Assembly (NCBI RefSeq): GCF_000011465.1 | Contig: NC_005072.1 | Coordinates: forward strand, 1-32,000 | Direction: 5' to 3' | Origin: Prochlorococcus marinus subsp. pastoris str. CCMP1986 | GTDB lineage: Bacteria > Cyanobacteriota > Cyanobacteriia > PCC-6307 > Cyanobiaceae | Length of the DNA stretch: 32,000 bases | Shown: positions 1 through 10,366 of the stretch, in pieces | How positions within the stretch are numbered: the stretch's first letter is position 1 | Layout of the letters: each line of letters opens with the position of its first letter | Notes under the pieces: generated by a model | The model's database searches: none | Told to the model about the DNA's origin: nothing | What the model saw: only the letters and a program-made list of their open reading frames with translations | Translations under genes and position numbers: made by a program

Positions 1-22
1 AATACAACAATAATTTTGAGTA

Positions 23-40
23 TTTTCCACAGTTTCCACA
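23..40 (+). promoter_or_regulatory. Two abutting DnaA-box-like 9-mers (TTTTCCACA at 23-31, GTTTCCACA at 32-40), probable edge of oriC
   Basis: Read directly; 8/9 or close matches to the TTATCCACA DnaA box, located just upstream of dnaN. Confidence 0.65.
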
Positions 41-173
41 GAAACTACTACTACTATATAAATTCATTATTAGAAAATTTTCTATTAGAAAGATTTGAAG
101 ATTTAAAAGAAAAATATTTAATTGCAATAATCAAGAAAATGGCTCTAGTATGTAAATAAAGTTATGAATTCAG

Positions 174-1331
174 ATGGAGATTGTTTGTAATCAAAATGAA
201 TTTAATTATGCTATTCAATTAGTTAGTAAAGCAGTTGCTTCAAGACCTACGCATCCTATCCTTGCAAATTTACTTCTAACAGCTGATCAAGGTACTAATA
301 AAATTAGTTTAACTGGATTTGATTTGAATCTAGGAATACAAACTTCATTTGATGCAACTGTAAACAAAAGTGGAGCAATTACAATTCCATCTAAACTTTT
401 ATCTGAAATAGTTAATAAACTACCAAGCGAAACTCCTGTCTCTCTTGATGTTGATGAGAGTTCTGACAATATTTTAATTAAAAGTGATAGGGGTTCTTTT
501 AATATTAAAGGTATTCCATCAGACGATTACCCAAGCTTACCGTTTGTAGAAAGTGGTACATCTTTGAATATTGATCCAAGTTCTTTTTTAAAAGCTTTAA
601 AATTAACTATATTCGCTAGTAGTAGTGATGATTCAAAGCAATTACTCACAGGAGTAAATTTTACATTTAATTTAAAATATTTGGAGTCAGCTGCAACAGA
701 TGGGCATAGATTGGCTGTTGTTTTGGTTGATAACAAAGAAAATTTTGATGAAAAAGAAGATTTTGCTTCAAATGAAGAAAACTTATCAGTTACTATACCA
801 ACAAGATCTTTAAGAGAAATTGAAAAGCTTGTTAGCCTTAGAAGTTCTGAAAATTCAATTAAACTTTTCTATGACAAAGGTCAAGTAGTATTTATTTCCT
901 CTAATCAAATAATTACTACTAGAACCCTTGAAGGTTCTTATCCAAATTATTCTCAATTAATACCTGATAATTTTACTAAAATTTTTACATTTAATACAAA
1001 AAAAATAATCGAATCACTTGAAAGAATAGCAGTTTTAGCAGACCAACAAAGTAGTGTCGTTAAGATTAAACTTAATGAAAAGGATTTAGCATTAGTCAGT
1101 GCTGATGCTCAAGACATAGGGAATGCCAGCGAATTAGTTCCTGTATCTTTTTATTTTGATCAATTTGATATAGCTTTTAATGTAAGGTATTTATTAGAAG
1201 GTTTAAAAGTTATATCAAGTGAAAATGTAATTTTTAAATGTAATCTTCCAACTACTCCAGCTGTTTTAGTTCCAGAAGATAATATTAATTCTTTTACGTA
1301 TTTAGTCATGCCTGTTCAAGTCCGTTCTTAA
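174..1331 (+). CDS. dnaN: DNA polymerase III beta subunit (sliding clamp)
   Basis: 385 aa ORF; clamp-like sequence (GVNFTFN...ATDGHRLAVV, C-terminal YLVMPVQVR). Confidence 0.97.
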   Translation: MEIVCNQNEFNYAIQLVSKAVASRPTHPILANLLLTADQGTNKISLTGFDLNLGIQTSFDATVNKSGAITIPSKLLSEIVNKLPSETPVSLDVDESSDNILIKSDRGSFNIKGIPSDDYPSLPFVESGTSLNIDPSSFLKALKLTIFASSSDDSKQLLTGVNFTFNLKYLESAATDGHRLAVVLVDNKENFDEKEDFASNEENLSVTIPTRSLREIEKLVSLRSSENSIKLFYDKGQVVFISSNQIITTRTLEGSYPNYSQLIPDNFTKIFTFNTKKIIESLERIAVLADQQSSVVKIKLNEKDLALVSADAQDIGNASELVPVSFYFDQFDIAFNVRYLLEGLKVISSENVIFKCNLPTTPAVLVPEDNINSFTYLVMPVQVRS

Positions 1332-1332
1332 G

Positions 1333-2040
1333 TTGAAATTACCAAAAGAATTTTTATTAAGTGAATTATTAAGACATAACGTAAAAGGTAATGCCACCTT
1401 AAATTATGGTAAGGGTGAAAATGTTTGGATGCATCCACCTGTTCACAGAATTTTAGGTTGGTATTCTCGCCCTTCAAATTTGGATTTAAAAAGAAATGTA
1501 TGGAAATTAAATCAAATTAGTCAAATTATAGATAATGATATTTTCGTAAAAGGTAATCCTGCAATTTCAGACCTTGCTACATTAAATAGATTTCCTAACT
1601 TAATAGAAGCTAGTTTAGTTAATTCTGAAGGTTCAAAGATAGGTGTCATAGCAGATTTTTTATTCGAAATGAAAACTGGAAACATCAAGTTTTATTTAAT
1701 TTCTCGTTCTAATCCAAGAATTCCAGGCTCAAGTAGATGGAAATTAAATATAGATAATATTGTTGATCAGCAACCAGGTTTAGTTTTTTGTTCTTGCGTT
1801 TCTTTAGATGATTTTCCTTTAATAAAATCAAGTATTAAACATGAATTTTTTAAAAAAGGAAAGAAAATAATTGATCGTTTTGATGATATGAAAAATACCG
1901 CAACAAATAGGTTAGAAGATTGGCTAGAAGAAGATGAAGATATAAACAAAAAGTCAGAATTTAATCGGAATAGTTTTTATAATGAAAAAGAAAAAGTAAG
2001 ATCTTTCAGAAATAAAAGAGAAGATGACCCTTGGATTTGA
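1333..2040 (+). CDS. Conserved cyanobacterial protein, PRC-barrel-like domain
   Basis: 235 aa ORF with TTG start; 1 nt after dnaN; segment NSEGSKIGVIADFLFEMKTGNIKFYLISRS resembles a PRC-barrel. Confidence 0.75.
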   Translation: MKLPKEFLLSELLRHNVKGNATLNYGKGENVWMHPPVHRILGWYSRPSNLDLKRNVWKLNQISQIIDNDIFVKGNPAISDLATLNRFPNLIEASLVNSEGSKIGVIADFLFEMKTGNIKFYLISRSNPRIPGSSRWKLNIDNIVDQQPGLVFCSCVSLDDFPLIKSSIKHEFFKKGKKIIDRFDDMKNTATNRLEDWLEEDEDINKKSEFNRNSFYNEKEKVRSFRNKREDDPWI

Positions 2041-2043
2041 CTA

Positions 2044-4383
2044 ATGATAGATTCTTCAAGTAACAATACTTATGATGTTAATGAATCACTTAAAGTTGAA
2101 AACTTAACTCGTGATGATTATGAAGAGATATGCAAAAGATTAGGAAGAAAACCTAATAGAACAGAATTGGGAATGTTTGGAGTAATGTGGTCTGAGCATT
2201 GCTGTTATAGAAATTCAAAGCCATTATTAGCTAATTTTCCTACTACAGGAAAAAATGTATTAGTTGGTCCAGGAGAAAATGCAGGTGTTATTGATGTAGG
2301 CAATGATCAGAAACTTGTTTTCAAAATTGAAAGTCACAATCATCCTTCTGCTATTGAACCTTTTCAAGGAGCTGCAACAGGAGTGGGTGGCATATTAAGA
2401 GATATTTTTACAATGGGTGCGAGACCCATAGCAGTTTTAAACTCTTTAAGATTTGGCAATCTTGATAAATTATCTAATATTTCTTTACTTCGAGGTGTAG
2501 TTTCGGGGATATCTCATTACGGTAATTGTGTTGGGGTTCCTACTGTCGGTGGAGAAATAGACTTTGATGACAGTTATTCCGGTAATCCTCTTGTTAATGT
2601 TATGGCTTTAGGTTTATTAGAAACTGATGAAATCGTTTGTTCAGGAGCAAAAGAAGTAGGTTCTCCCGTTCTATATGTAGGAAATACCACAGGAAAGGAT
2701 GGAGTAGGAGGCGCTAGTTTTGCTAGTTCCGAATTAAATACTAATTCATTGGATAATAGACCAGCAGTACAAGTAGGTGATCCATTTATTGAAAAAAGTC
2801 TTATTGAAGCTTGTTTAGATGCTTTTAAAACAGGCGATGTACTTTCTGCTCAAGATATGGGAGCTGCGGGATTAACATGTAGTAGTGCTGAAATGGCTGC
2901 AAATGGGAGTTTAGGTATTTCAATTAACCTAGATTTAGTTCCTGCAAGAGAGAATGATATGTCTGCTTACCAATACTTACTATCTGAATCACAAGAGAGA
3001 ATGTTGTTGGTTGTTAAAGAAGAAAAGTTAAATACTCTTATTAATCAATTTAAAAAGTGGGGACTTTTCGCAAATGTTATTGGTGAAGTCATATCTAGAA
3101 AAGAGGTTATTATCTCTCAAAAAAATCAAATAGTTGCACAAATTCCTACTTCTGCTTTATCTGATGAAACTCCAATTAATATTCATAATATTATTAAGGA
3201 GCCTCCTATTCATTTATTAGAGAAATGGGAATGGACAGAAGAGGAATTGCCAGCTATCAGCGAAAATAAAATTCTTTCTTTAAAAGACCAACAAAAATAT
3301 TCTTTTTCTGAAATTATTTTAAAACTTTTATCTAATCCTTCAATTGCTTCTAAAAGTTGGGTGTATCGACAATATGATTCCCAAGTACAATCAAATACTG
3401 TTTTTAAGCCAGGAGATGCAGATGCAGCGTTAATAAGACTTAGACGGCAAGACGAGAAAAATAAAAATAATGAATTTTCTGGTGTAGCTGCTTCTGTAGA
3501 TTGTAATAGTAGATGGGTATTATTAGATCCATATAGAGGAAGTATTGCAGCAGTTGCAGAATCTGCTAGAAATGTAAGTTGTGTTGGTGCTCAGCCAATA
3601 GCTATAACAAATAATTTAAATTTTTCTTCACCCGAAACTGAAATAGGATATTGGCAACTGTCATCAGCATGTGATGGGATTTCTAAAGCTTGTATTGCTC
3701 TAGAGACACCTGTAACAGGAGGAAATGTTTCTTTATATAATGAATCAAAAAATCAAAACAATCAAGTAACTCCTATTAATCCCACTCCTGTTATTGGAAT
3801 GGTAGGAACTATTAAAAATGTAGACAAAGCTATTAGTTCAGGATGGAAGAACATAAATGATCAAATTTGGATAATTGGTTCAAATGCTTCTGAATCTTCA
3901 ATAGCTGCAAGTTCTTATTTAGAATATTTTCATGATTTAGTAACAGGAAGACCTCCTAAAATTCATTTACAAGATGAAAAATACTGTCAAAGTTTTTTAA
4001 GAGATTCAATTCAAAAAAATTATATCGCTTCTTCTCATGATGTTAGTGATGGAGGTTTAGCTGTCGCTTTATCAGAATGTTGTATTCTGTCTTCTAAGGG
4101 AGCTTATATTCAATTAGAAGAAAAAAATGCTCGTCAAGATAATTTATTATTTAGTGAAGGAGGATCAAGAATATTATTTTCAGTTAATAAAAAAGAAGAA
4201 CAAAACTTTTTGAATTTTCTTGAAATTAAGAGCAAAGATTTTGGAAGAAACGTATACGTTAAAAAAATTGGATTTGTTTCTGAACATAATCTTGATATAA
4301 CTCTCCAAGATCAAACACTTTGCAATTTAAGGGTTGATGAATTAACCGAAAAATTTAATAATAGTATTTCTAACTGTTTTTAA
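2044..4383 (+). CDS. purL: Phosphoribosylformylglycinamidine synthase subunit PurL (small type, no glutaminase domain)
   Basis: 779 aa; motifs FGVMWSEHCCYRNSKPLL, GPGENAGVIDVG, ESHNHPSAIEPFQGAATGVGG. Confidence 0.97.
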   Translation: MIDSSSNNTYDVNESLKVENLTRDDYEEICKRLGRKPNRTELGMFGVMWSEHCCYRNSKPLLANFPTTGKNVLVGPGENAGVIDVGNDQKLVFKIESHNHPSAIEPFQGAATGVGGILRDIFTMGARPIAVLNSLRFGNLDKLSNISLLRGVVSGISHYGNCVGVPTVGGEIDFDDSYSGNPLVNVMALGLLETDEIVCSGAKEVGSPVLYVGNTTGKDGVGGASFASSELNTNSLDNRPAVQVGDPFIEKSLIEACLDAFKTGDVLSAQDMGAAGLTCSSAEMAANGSLGISINLDLVPARENDMSAYQYLLSESQERMLLVVKEEKLNTLINQFKKWGLFANVIGEVISRKEVIISQKNQIVAQIPTSALSDETPINIHNIIKEPPIHLLEKWEWTEEELPAISENKILSLKDQQKYSFSEIILKLLSNPSIASKSWVYRQYDSQVQSNTVFKPGDADAALIRLRRQDEKNKNNEFSGVAASVDCNSRWVLLDPYRGSIAAVAESARNVSCVGAQPIAITNNLNFSSPETEIGYWQLSSACDGISKACIALETPVTGGNVSLYNESKNQNNQVTPINPTPVIGMVGTIKNVDKAISSGWKNINDQIWIIGSNASESSIAASSYLEYFHDLVTGRPPKIHLQDEKYCQSFLRDSIQKNYIASSHDVSDGGLAVALSECCILSSKGAYIQLEEKNARQDNLLFSEGGSRILFSVNKKEEQNFLNFLEIKSKDFGRNVYVKKIGFVSEHNLDITLQDQTLCNLRVDELTEKFNNSISNCF

Positions 4384-4429
4384 TAATGAATAACAATATG
4401 GAATTATCTACAAAATTCGGAAATTAATT

Positions 4430-5890
4430 ATGTGTGGAATTGTTGGAATTGTTTCTTGTGATGATGTAAATCAACAGATTTATGACAGTCTTTTGCTACT
4501 TCAGCATAGAGGTCAAGATTCAACTGGAATAGCTACAATGGAAAATACTGTTTTTCATATACATAAAGCTAAAGGACAAGTAAATACTGCTTATAGAACA
4601 AGAGATATGAGAAATTTAATAGGAAAAATTGGTTTAGGGCATGTTAGGTACGCAACTAAAGGTTCAGCAGAAAGTGTTGAAGAAGCACAACCTTTCTATG
4701 TTAATGCTCCTTATGGAATAGTTTTGATTCATAATGGAAACCTTACTAATACAAGAGACCTAGAGAAACAATTATTTAATGTAGATAAACGCCATACTAA
4801 TTCTTCAAGTGATACTGAAATGTTGTTAAACATATTCGCCACTGAATTACAAGAACAGATCCATAATCAAGATCTAGAGCCAGATATAATTTTTAATGCA
4901 GTTAAAAATTTACATAAAAGAATTCAAGGTTCATATGCTTCAATTGCTTTAATTTCAGGGCATGGTTTATTAGCTTTTAGAGATCCTTTTGGTATAAGGC
5001 CTTTAGTAATTGGAAAAAGAATTTCTCTTATTACTCAAAAGGAAGAGTGGATGGTAGCTAGTGAGTCTTTAGTATTAGAAAATAATGATTATCATGTTGT
5101 TAGAGATGTGGAACCTGGCGAGGCAATTTTTATAACCAATAATGGTGAATTTTTTTCAAAGCAATGCTCAGAAAACCCAAGGTTATTTCCTTGTGCTTTT
5201 GAATATGTTTATTTAGCTAGACCAGATTCAGTGATGAATGGAATTTCAGTTTATCAAGCACGTTTGAAAATGGGTGATTATTTAGCTGAAACAATTAAGC
5301 AATCAATACAGTGTGGGGATGTCGATGTGGTAATGCCTATTCCTGATTCTTCACGTCCTGCGGCAATGCAAGTTGCTAGGCAGTTGGGGATAGAGTATAG
5401 AGAAGGTTTTTTTAAAAATAGATACGTTGGAAGAACTTTCATAATGCCTGGCCATCAAAAACGTAAACAATCTGTAAGGCAAAAGTTGAATGCTATGAGT
5501 ACAGAATTTAAAAATAAAAATGTACTAATAGTCGATGATTCTATAGTGAGAGGAACTACATCAAAACAAATAGTGCAAATGGCAAAAGATGCTGGTGCAA
5601 ATAAAGTTTTTTTTACTTCAGCAGCTCCTCCAGTTAGATATCCTCATGTTTATGGAATTAATATGCCTAATAGAGATGAATTAATTGCTCATGATAGATC
5701 AATAATTGAAATAGCAGAAAAGCTTGAAATAGATCATCTTGTATATCAAAGTGTTGAAAATTTGAGAAAATCTATAATTAATGATTCTCCCATTCAAGAA
5801 TTAGAAATGAGTTGTTTTACTGGTTCTTATGTTACTGGGACGGTAAATCAAGAATATTTAAAATGGGTTGAAAATGAATATAATTCTTAA
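4430..5890 (+). CDS. purF: Amidophosphoribosyltransferase
   Basis: 486 aa; N-terminal nucleophile MCGIVGIV, PRTase motif [18 protein letters not shown]. Confidence 0.97.
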   Translation: MCGIVGIVSCDDVNQQIYDSLLLLQHRGQDSTGIATMENTVFHIHKAKGQVNTAYRTRDMRNLIGKIGLGHVRYATKGSAESVEEAQPFYVNAPYGIVLIHNGNLTNTRDLEKQLFNVDKRHTNSSSDTEMLLNIFATELQEQIHNQDLEPDIIFNAVKNLHKRIQGSYASIALISGHGLLAFRDPFGIRPLVIGKRISLITQKEEWMVASESLVLENNDYHVVRDVEPGEAIFITNNGEFFSKQCSENPRLFPCAFEYVYLARPDSVMNGISVYQARLKMGDYLAETIKQSIQCGDVDVVMPIPDSSRPAAMQVARQLGIEYREGFFKNRYVGRTFIMPGHQKRKQSVRQKLNAMSTEFKNKNVLIVDDSIVRGTTSKQIVQMAKDAGANKVFFTSAAPPVRYPHVYGINMPNRDELIAHDRSIIEIAEKLEIDHLVYQSVENLRKSIINDSPIQELEMSCFTGSYVTGTVNQEYLKWVENEYNS

Positions 5891-8328
5891 TTGATATATT
5901 TTTCTAGTCGATAACAATTATCAAGATATTCATCTTTTTCCAGATTCAAAAAATCTATTTTAAGCATATTTTTCCCAGAATTATTATCTAATTTGTTTAA
6001 GTTTAATCTTGCGGATTTATTTTTATTCGTCTCAATATCGATATATTGGTTGCTAGATAGAACTGTTATAAAATGGTCATCTTTAAGCTGCATTTTCTCA
6101 TTTACATAACCTAATTTAGAGTTATAAGAATTATAAATATCATCAATTTTTAGTTTAAAAAACTTACCTTTTTTAGAAACTAAATAAAGGATCTCTTTAT
6201 CCTTACTTTTACAACAAGAAACTATTTGTTCTGTAGGTAAAAGATTAACCAATAATAGTCCTAGTGATTGTTTTGTACTTGGGTTTAAGTTTTTATCTGA
6301 TAAATCAAATTTAAAAAGCCTACCAATAGAAGTCAATATTACTAGTTGTTGTTGTTTATTTAAAATAAATGAATCAATGATGCTTGTAGAATTTTTTAAT
6401 TTGGTAATTGAAAAGATCCTATTACTTTTTATCATATCTTCATCAAATAAAACTTTTTTAAATCTTCCATCAGAACTCAATATGCATAAATAATTTTTTA
6501 ATTTACTGTCTAGATAATGAAAATTTATTATCTCTTTTGGGTCAATATTTCCTAAAACTTTTTTATCCATTTTAAACTCACTAGTAATGTTTGATTTCCA
6601 ATCGATTTGAATAATTTTTCCCGAAGATGTAATTCCAATAATTTTTAAACTTTTATCAATCCTACATATAAACTTTTGAACATTTTTATTATCTATAAAT
6701 TTATTTTCATGATCTAATATTTTTTTATAGTTATTATAAATTATCTTCTTAAAATAAAATCTATTATCTACTGATATTTTTGTTTCTTTATTTATAAGAT
6801 CTTCTAATATTTGATTATTTATAGTATCTATTTCTTTTTCTTGATTTATATCTTTCAAAATTTTTGTTTTTCTTTTTACATTAAATTTCTTTTTTAAACT
6901 CTTCAGTTCTTCAATCAAAGTGTCAAGCAATAATCTTCTGTTATTTAAAAGATTATTAAGATATTTTTTCTTTTCAAGTAGTTCTTTCATATCAATTTCA
7001 ATTTGCTTCCTTTCCAAGGTTGTTAATTTTTTTAGAGGCATGCTTAATACCGCATCTGCTTGTTTTTCACTTAGACTCAGTTTGACTATTAATATTGATT
7101 TTGCTTCAGTTGCATTTTCTGAGTTTTGAATAACCTCAATAATATCTTTTATATTTTTAGTTGCAATTGAAAATCCCTCTAATATTTCAAATTTTTCTGA
7201 TGCAATTCTTAAAAAATATTTTGTTCTTTTTCTAATTGTTTCTTCTCTAAATTCTAGAAAATAATTTAGATATTTTCTTAGTGTAAGTTGAATAGGTTTA
7301 CCGTCAACTAAAGCTAAAAATATTGCACCAAAATTAGATTGTAAAGCTGTTTTTTTGAATAAATTTGATACTACAATTTCAGAATTTGAATCTTTTTTTA
7401 ATTCAATAACGACCCTCATCCCGTCTCTATCACTTTCATCTCTAATATCAGAAATCCCATCAATTTTTCCTAGATTCACCAATTCTGCAAGCTTTTCGAT
7501 CCATCCTGCTTTACTTATTTGATAAGGTAGTTCTGAAATTATAAGTGCATTTTTTTTATGCCTTCCTTTCCCTAAATTAATTTCTTCATTTTTAATTACT
7601 CCCCTTACTGTTACTGAGCCTCTTCCTTGTAGGTAAACTTCATTCATTGCACTATTGCAAATTAATTCTCCTCCAGTTGGAAAATCAGGTCCTAATATAA
7701 TTTTCGACAATCTCAAGTCGCTTATTTCTTTATCGTTTATGAGGGCAATTAAACCATCAACTATTTCGCCAAGATTGTGCGGGGGGATATTCGTTGCCAT
7801 ACCAACAGCGATTCCTGAGGAACCATTTAATAACAAAAAGGGTAATTGTGCCGGCAATATGTCTGGTTCTTGTTGTGAGCCGTCAAAATTATTTGAGTAA
7901 CTTACTGTTTCAGATCCAATCTCTTGAAGGAAACATTCATGAGCTATTGGGGCCAATCTTGTTTCTGTATATCTCATTGCAGCTGGCGGGTCATTATCAA
8001 CAGATCCAAAATTCCCATGACCATCAAGAGTTGGATATTTTGTAGAAAAATCTTGAACTAATCTAACCAGTGCCTCGTAGACTGCTTGATCTCCATGAGG
8101 ATGATATTTCCCTAGTACATCGCCCACAACTCTGGCACATTTTCTGAATGGTCTATCTGGAGTAAGTCCTAATTCATGCATTGCGAAAAGAATTCTTCTT
8201 TGAACTGGTTTCAGTCCATCTCTTGCATCAGGTAAAGCACGTCCTATTATCACACTCATTGCGTATTCTAAATAGGAACGTTGCATTTCTTCCTGCAACG
8301 ATATAGAAGTGAATTTTTCCTTAGTCAT
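5887..8328 (-). CDS. Type IIA topoisomerase subunit A (GyrA/ParC-like)
   Basis: 813 aa; catalytic-Tyr motif [44 protein letters not shown]; no QRRGGKG-type GyrA box in the C-terminal part. Confidence 0.95.
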   Translation of the reverse strand: MTKEKFTSISLQEEMQRSYLEYAMSVIIGRALPDARDGLKPVQRRILFAMHELGLTPDRPFRKCARVVGDVLGKYHPHGDQAVYEALVRLVQDFSTKYPTLDGHGNFGSVDNDPPAAMRYTETRLAPIAHECFLQEIGSETVSYSNNFDGSQQEPDILPAQLPFLLLNGSSGIAVGMATNIPPHNLGEIVDGLIALINDKEISDLRLSKIILGPDFPTGGELICNSAMNEVYLQGRGSVTVRGVIKNEEINLGKGRHKKNALIISELPYQISKAGWIEKLAELVNLGKIDGISDIRDESDRDGMRVVIELKKDSNSEIVVSNLFKKTALQSNFGAIFLALVDGKPIQLTLRKYLNYFLEFREETIRKRTKYFLRIASEKFEILEGFSIATKNIKDIIEVIQNSENATEAKSILIVKLSLSEKQADAVLSMPLKKLTTLERKQIEIDMKELLEKKKYLNNLLNNRRLLLDTLIEELKSLKKKFNVKRKTKILKDINQEKEIDTINNQILEDLINKETKISVDNRFYFKKIIYNNYKKILDHENKFIDNKNVQKFICRIDKSLKIIGITSSGKIIQIDWKSNITSEFKMDKKVLGNIDPKEIINFHYLDSKLKNYLCILSSDGRFKKVLFDEDMIKSNRIFSITKLKNSTSIIDSFILNKQQQLVILTSIGRLFKFDLSDKNLNPSTKQSLGLLLVNLLPTEQIVSCCKSKDKEILYLVSKKGKFFKLKIDDIYNSYNSKLGYVNEKMQLKDDHFITVLSSNQYIDIETNKNKSARLNLNKLDNNSGKNMLKIDFLNLEKDEYLDNCYRLEKYIN

Positions 8329-8377
8329 TTAATAGGAAATTTATAGAAAGCTTTCATAAACTAAATTAAGATTAATA

Positions 8378-8395
8378 GGTAAATAAATATTTACC
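8378..8395. repeat. Inverted repeat GGTAAATA-AA-TATTTACC
   Basis: Perfect 8-bp arms around 2 nt, in the gap between the TPR gene and the gyrA-like gene. Confidence 0.5.
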
Positions 8396-8415
8396 AGTAT
8401 TAATAGTTGGGGAAT

Positions 8416-9270
8416 TTATTTAATTTTTGTTTTTGCAACTAATATTTCTTTTTTAATTTGAGGATTTTCAAAAAGTTTTTCAGTAGAAATTTGTAGTTTT
8501 TTACCCCAAAGCTGTTCTTTTCTATAATTAAAGTCAACATAATTTGGGTCTTTGTTTAAAGCTTTTTTTGCTAGAACTATTGCTTTATTAATGTCCTTAT
8601 TTTTTAAGCATGAAGCAAGTGCTAAAAGTGGTTCTGCACTTTCCTCAAGTTCTAGAGCCTTTTTAAAAGAGATAATAGAAAGATTAATTTTATTTAGTTC
8701 AAAATATGCTAATCCTTGGTTGTTAATTGCTTGCCAAAAATCTTTTTTAATTTTTATTGCTTTATCAAATTCCTCTATGGCTTTTTCATAATTTTTTTCC
8801 ATTAAATAAATATTTCCTAATTGAAAAATTGCTTTAAAGTTTTTAGGAAGGATTTTAATTCCTGAAAGTAAAGAAATTTCTGCTTTTTTTATTTTTGATT
8901 GTTTTAAATATATAGTACTTTTTGCAAAATATATTTCACTCATTTTGGGGTTTATCTTCTGAGCATTATCTAGTGAAATCAAAGCATCATCATATAATTT
9001 ATTGGCAATTTGTGTTTCAGCTAAGATAGTCCATAATATTTCACTTTTATTATTTATTTTTACAGCTAATTTTGCCAAATTCAAACTATCTTTGATTTGT
9101 CCAAAATACAGAAGCTGATAAGCTTCTTTTCCAATTGATAAACCTTGTTTTTGTAAGCTTTTTGTTTCTGGCAAGTAATAATATGGTATTAAAGCTTTTA
9201 AACTTTCAGCGATAAAAACATGGCTACTAATTATTGAAAAAAATAATATTTTTAAAAGAGACTTTTTCAT
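8416..9270 (-). CDS. TPR-repeat protein with N-terminal signal peptide-like segment
   Basis: 284 aa; KKSLLKILFFSIISSHVFIAES leader; TPR consensus such as AIFQLGNIYLMEKNYEKAIEEFDKAIKIKKDF. Confidence 0.85.
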   Translation of the reverse strand: MKKSLLKILFFSIISSHVFIAESLKALIPYYYLPETKSLQKQGLSIGKEAYQLLYFGQIKDSLNLAKLAVKINNKSEILWTILAETQIANKLYDDALISLDNAQKINPKMSEIYFAKSTIYLKQSKIKKAEISLLSGIKILPKNFKAIFQLGNIYLMEKNYEKAIEEFDKAIKIKKDFWQAINNQGLAYFELNKINLSIISFKKALELEESAEPLLALASCLKNKDINKAIVLAKKALNKDPNYVDFNYRKEQLWGKKLQISTEKLFENPQIKKEILVAKTKIK

Positions 9271-9274
9271 ATTT

Positions 9275-10219
9275 TTATGTATTTTTGAGCATTGCTTTTA
9301 TATTTCTTTTCCACATCCATGGTTTTATTCTTTTTAATGTAGTTCCTTGAAGATTTTTTTTCCATTTTTTTTCATCCCAACTTAATGCTTCAATATTTAG
9401 ATTTTTAACCCATGATTTTGGATAAGCTTCAATGCTCTTATTTAATGGAACTGTTTTATTCCAAGGACATACATCTTGGCAGATATCACAACCAGCAATC
9501 CATCCATTTAAATGTTTTTCTACATGTTCTGGAAAAGTTTGATTTCTATTTTCTATAGTATGGTATGCAATGCACTGTTCAGAATCAATAACAAAGGGTT
9601 CTGTTATTGCATTTGTTGGACATTTTTCAATACATTTTTCACATATACCACATAGAGATTGGGAAGAATTGTCAGGCGTCAAATCTTCCGAAAGAATCAA
9701 AAAACCTAAGGTTAGCCATGATCCAAATTCTTTATTAATAAGATTACTATTTTTGCCTATCCAACCTAGACCCGCTTCTTCTGCCCATGCTTTTTCAAGA
9801 AGAGGGGATGTGTCAACGCAAATTTTCCACTTGCAATTTGGAACTTTAGTATTAATCCATTTACCTATTTTTTTTAATTTTTTAGCAATAACTTTGTGAT
9901 AATCTTCTCCTTGGCCGAATTTTCCAATTTTGAATTTTGCTTTTTCCTTATGTTCATGACTTAAATAATTAAAACCAACAGTTAAAACACTTTTCGCTTC
10001 ATTTAGGAGAGATTTTATATTTTTTCTTCTTTCGGCTTCCATCCATTTCATTTCAGAATGATAATTATTTGCTAACCATCTTTCTAATGCTTGAGTTCTT
10101 AATTTGACTCGAGAACTTCCTGGTATTGATGCTATACCGGATACGGCAAAACCTTCAAATATTGCTCTTTTTTTTAGCTTCTCACTGAATTCTTTTTTAT
10201 TTTGAATCATATTTCTCAT
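9275..10219 (-). CDS. queG: Epoxyqueuosine reductase
   Basis: 314 aa; two 4Fe-4S motifs (CGICEKCIEKCPTNAI and CDICQDVCPWN), CVDTSPLLEKAWAEEAGLGWIGKNS. Confidence 0.93.
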   Translation of the reverse strand: MRNMIQNKKEFSEKLKKRAIFEGFAVSGIASIPGSSRVKLRTQALERWLANNYHSEMKWMEAERRKNIKSLLNEAKSVLTVGFNYLSHEHKEKAKFKIGKFGQGEDYHKVIAKKLKKIGKWINTKVPNCKWKICVDTSPLLEKAWAEEAGLGWIGKNSNLINKEFGSWLTLGFLILSEDLTPDNSSQSLCGICEKCIEKCPTNAITEPFVIDSEQCIAYHTIENRNQTFPEHVEKHLNGWIAGCDICQDVCPWNKTVPLNKSIEAYPKSWVKNLNIEALSWDEKKWKKNLQGTTLKRIKPWMWKRNIKAMLKNT

Positions 10220-10366
10220 ATTTATATTATGAATTAGATTCGAATAAATGGTGTTTTTAAACTAATAAACTAATAAATAATTTAAATTTATTAAAAATAA
10301 ATATATCCCTATCAAGGAAAACTAGCTAAATTGTTAGTAAAATGAACAAAATTAGGAACTGCAATT

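Noticed and set aside
287-469. Short antisense ORFs in dnaN and the next gene (287-469, 527-736, 1767-1949)
   Set aside because: Small, fully inside strong coding genes, with no domain signal.
6920-8045. ORFs opposite the gyrA-like gene or in its other frames (6920-7129, 7655-7900, 7794-8045)
   Set aside because: Fully nested within a clear topoisomerase coding region; compositional artefacts.
8552-9899. ORFs opposite TPR and queG (8552-8791, 9570-9899)
   Set aside because: Nested opposite convincing genes; no recognisable protein features.
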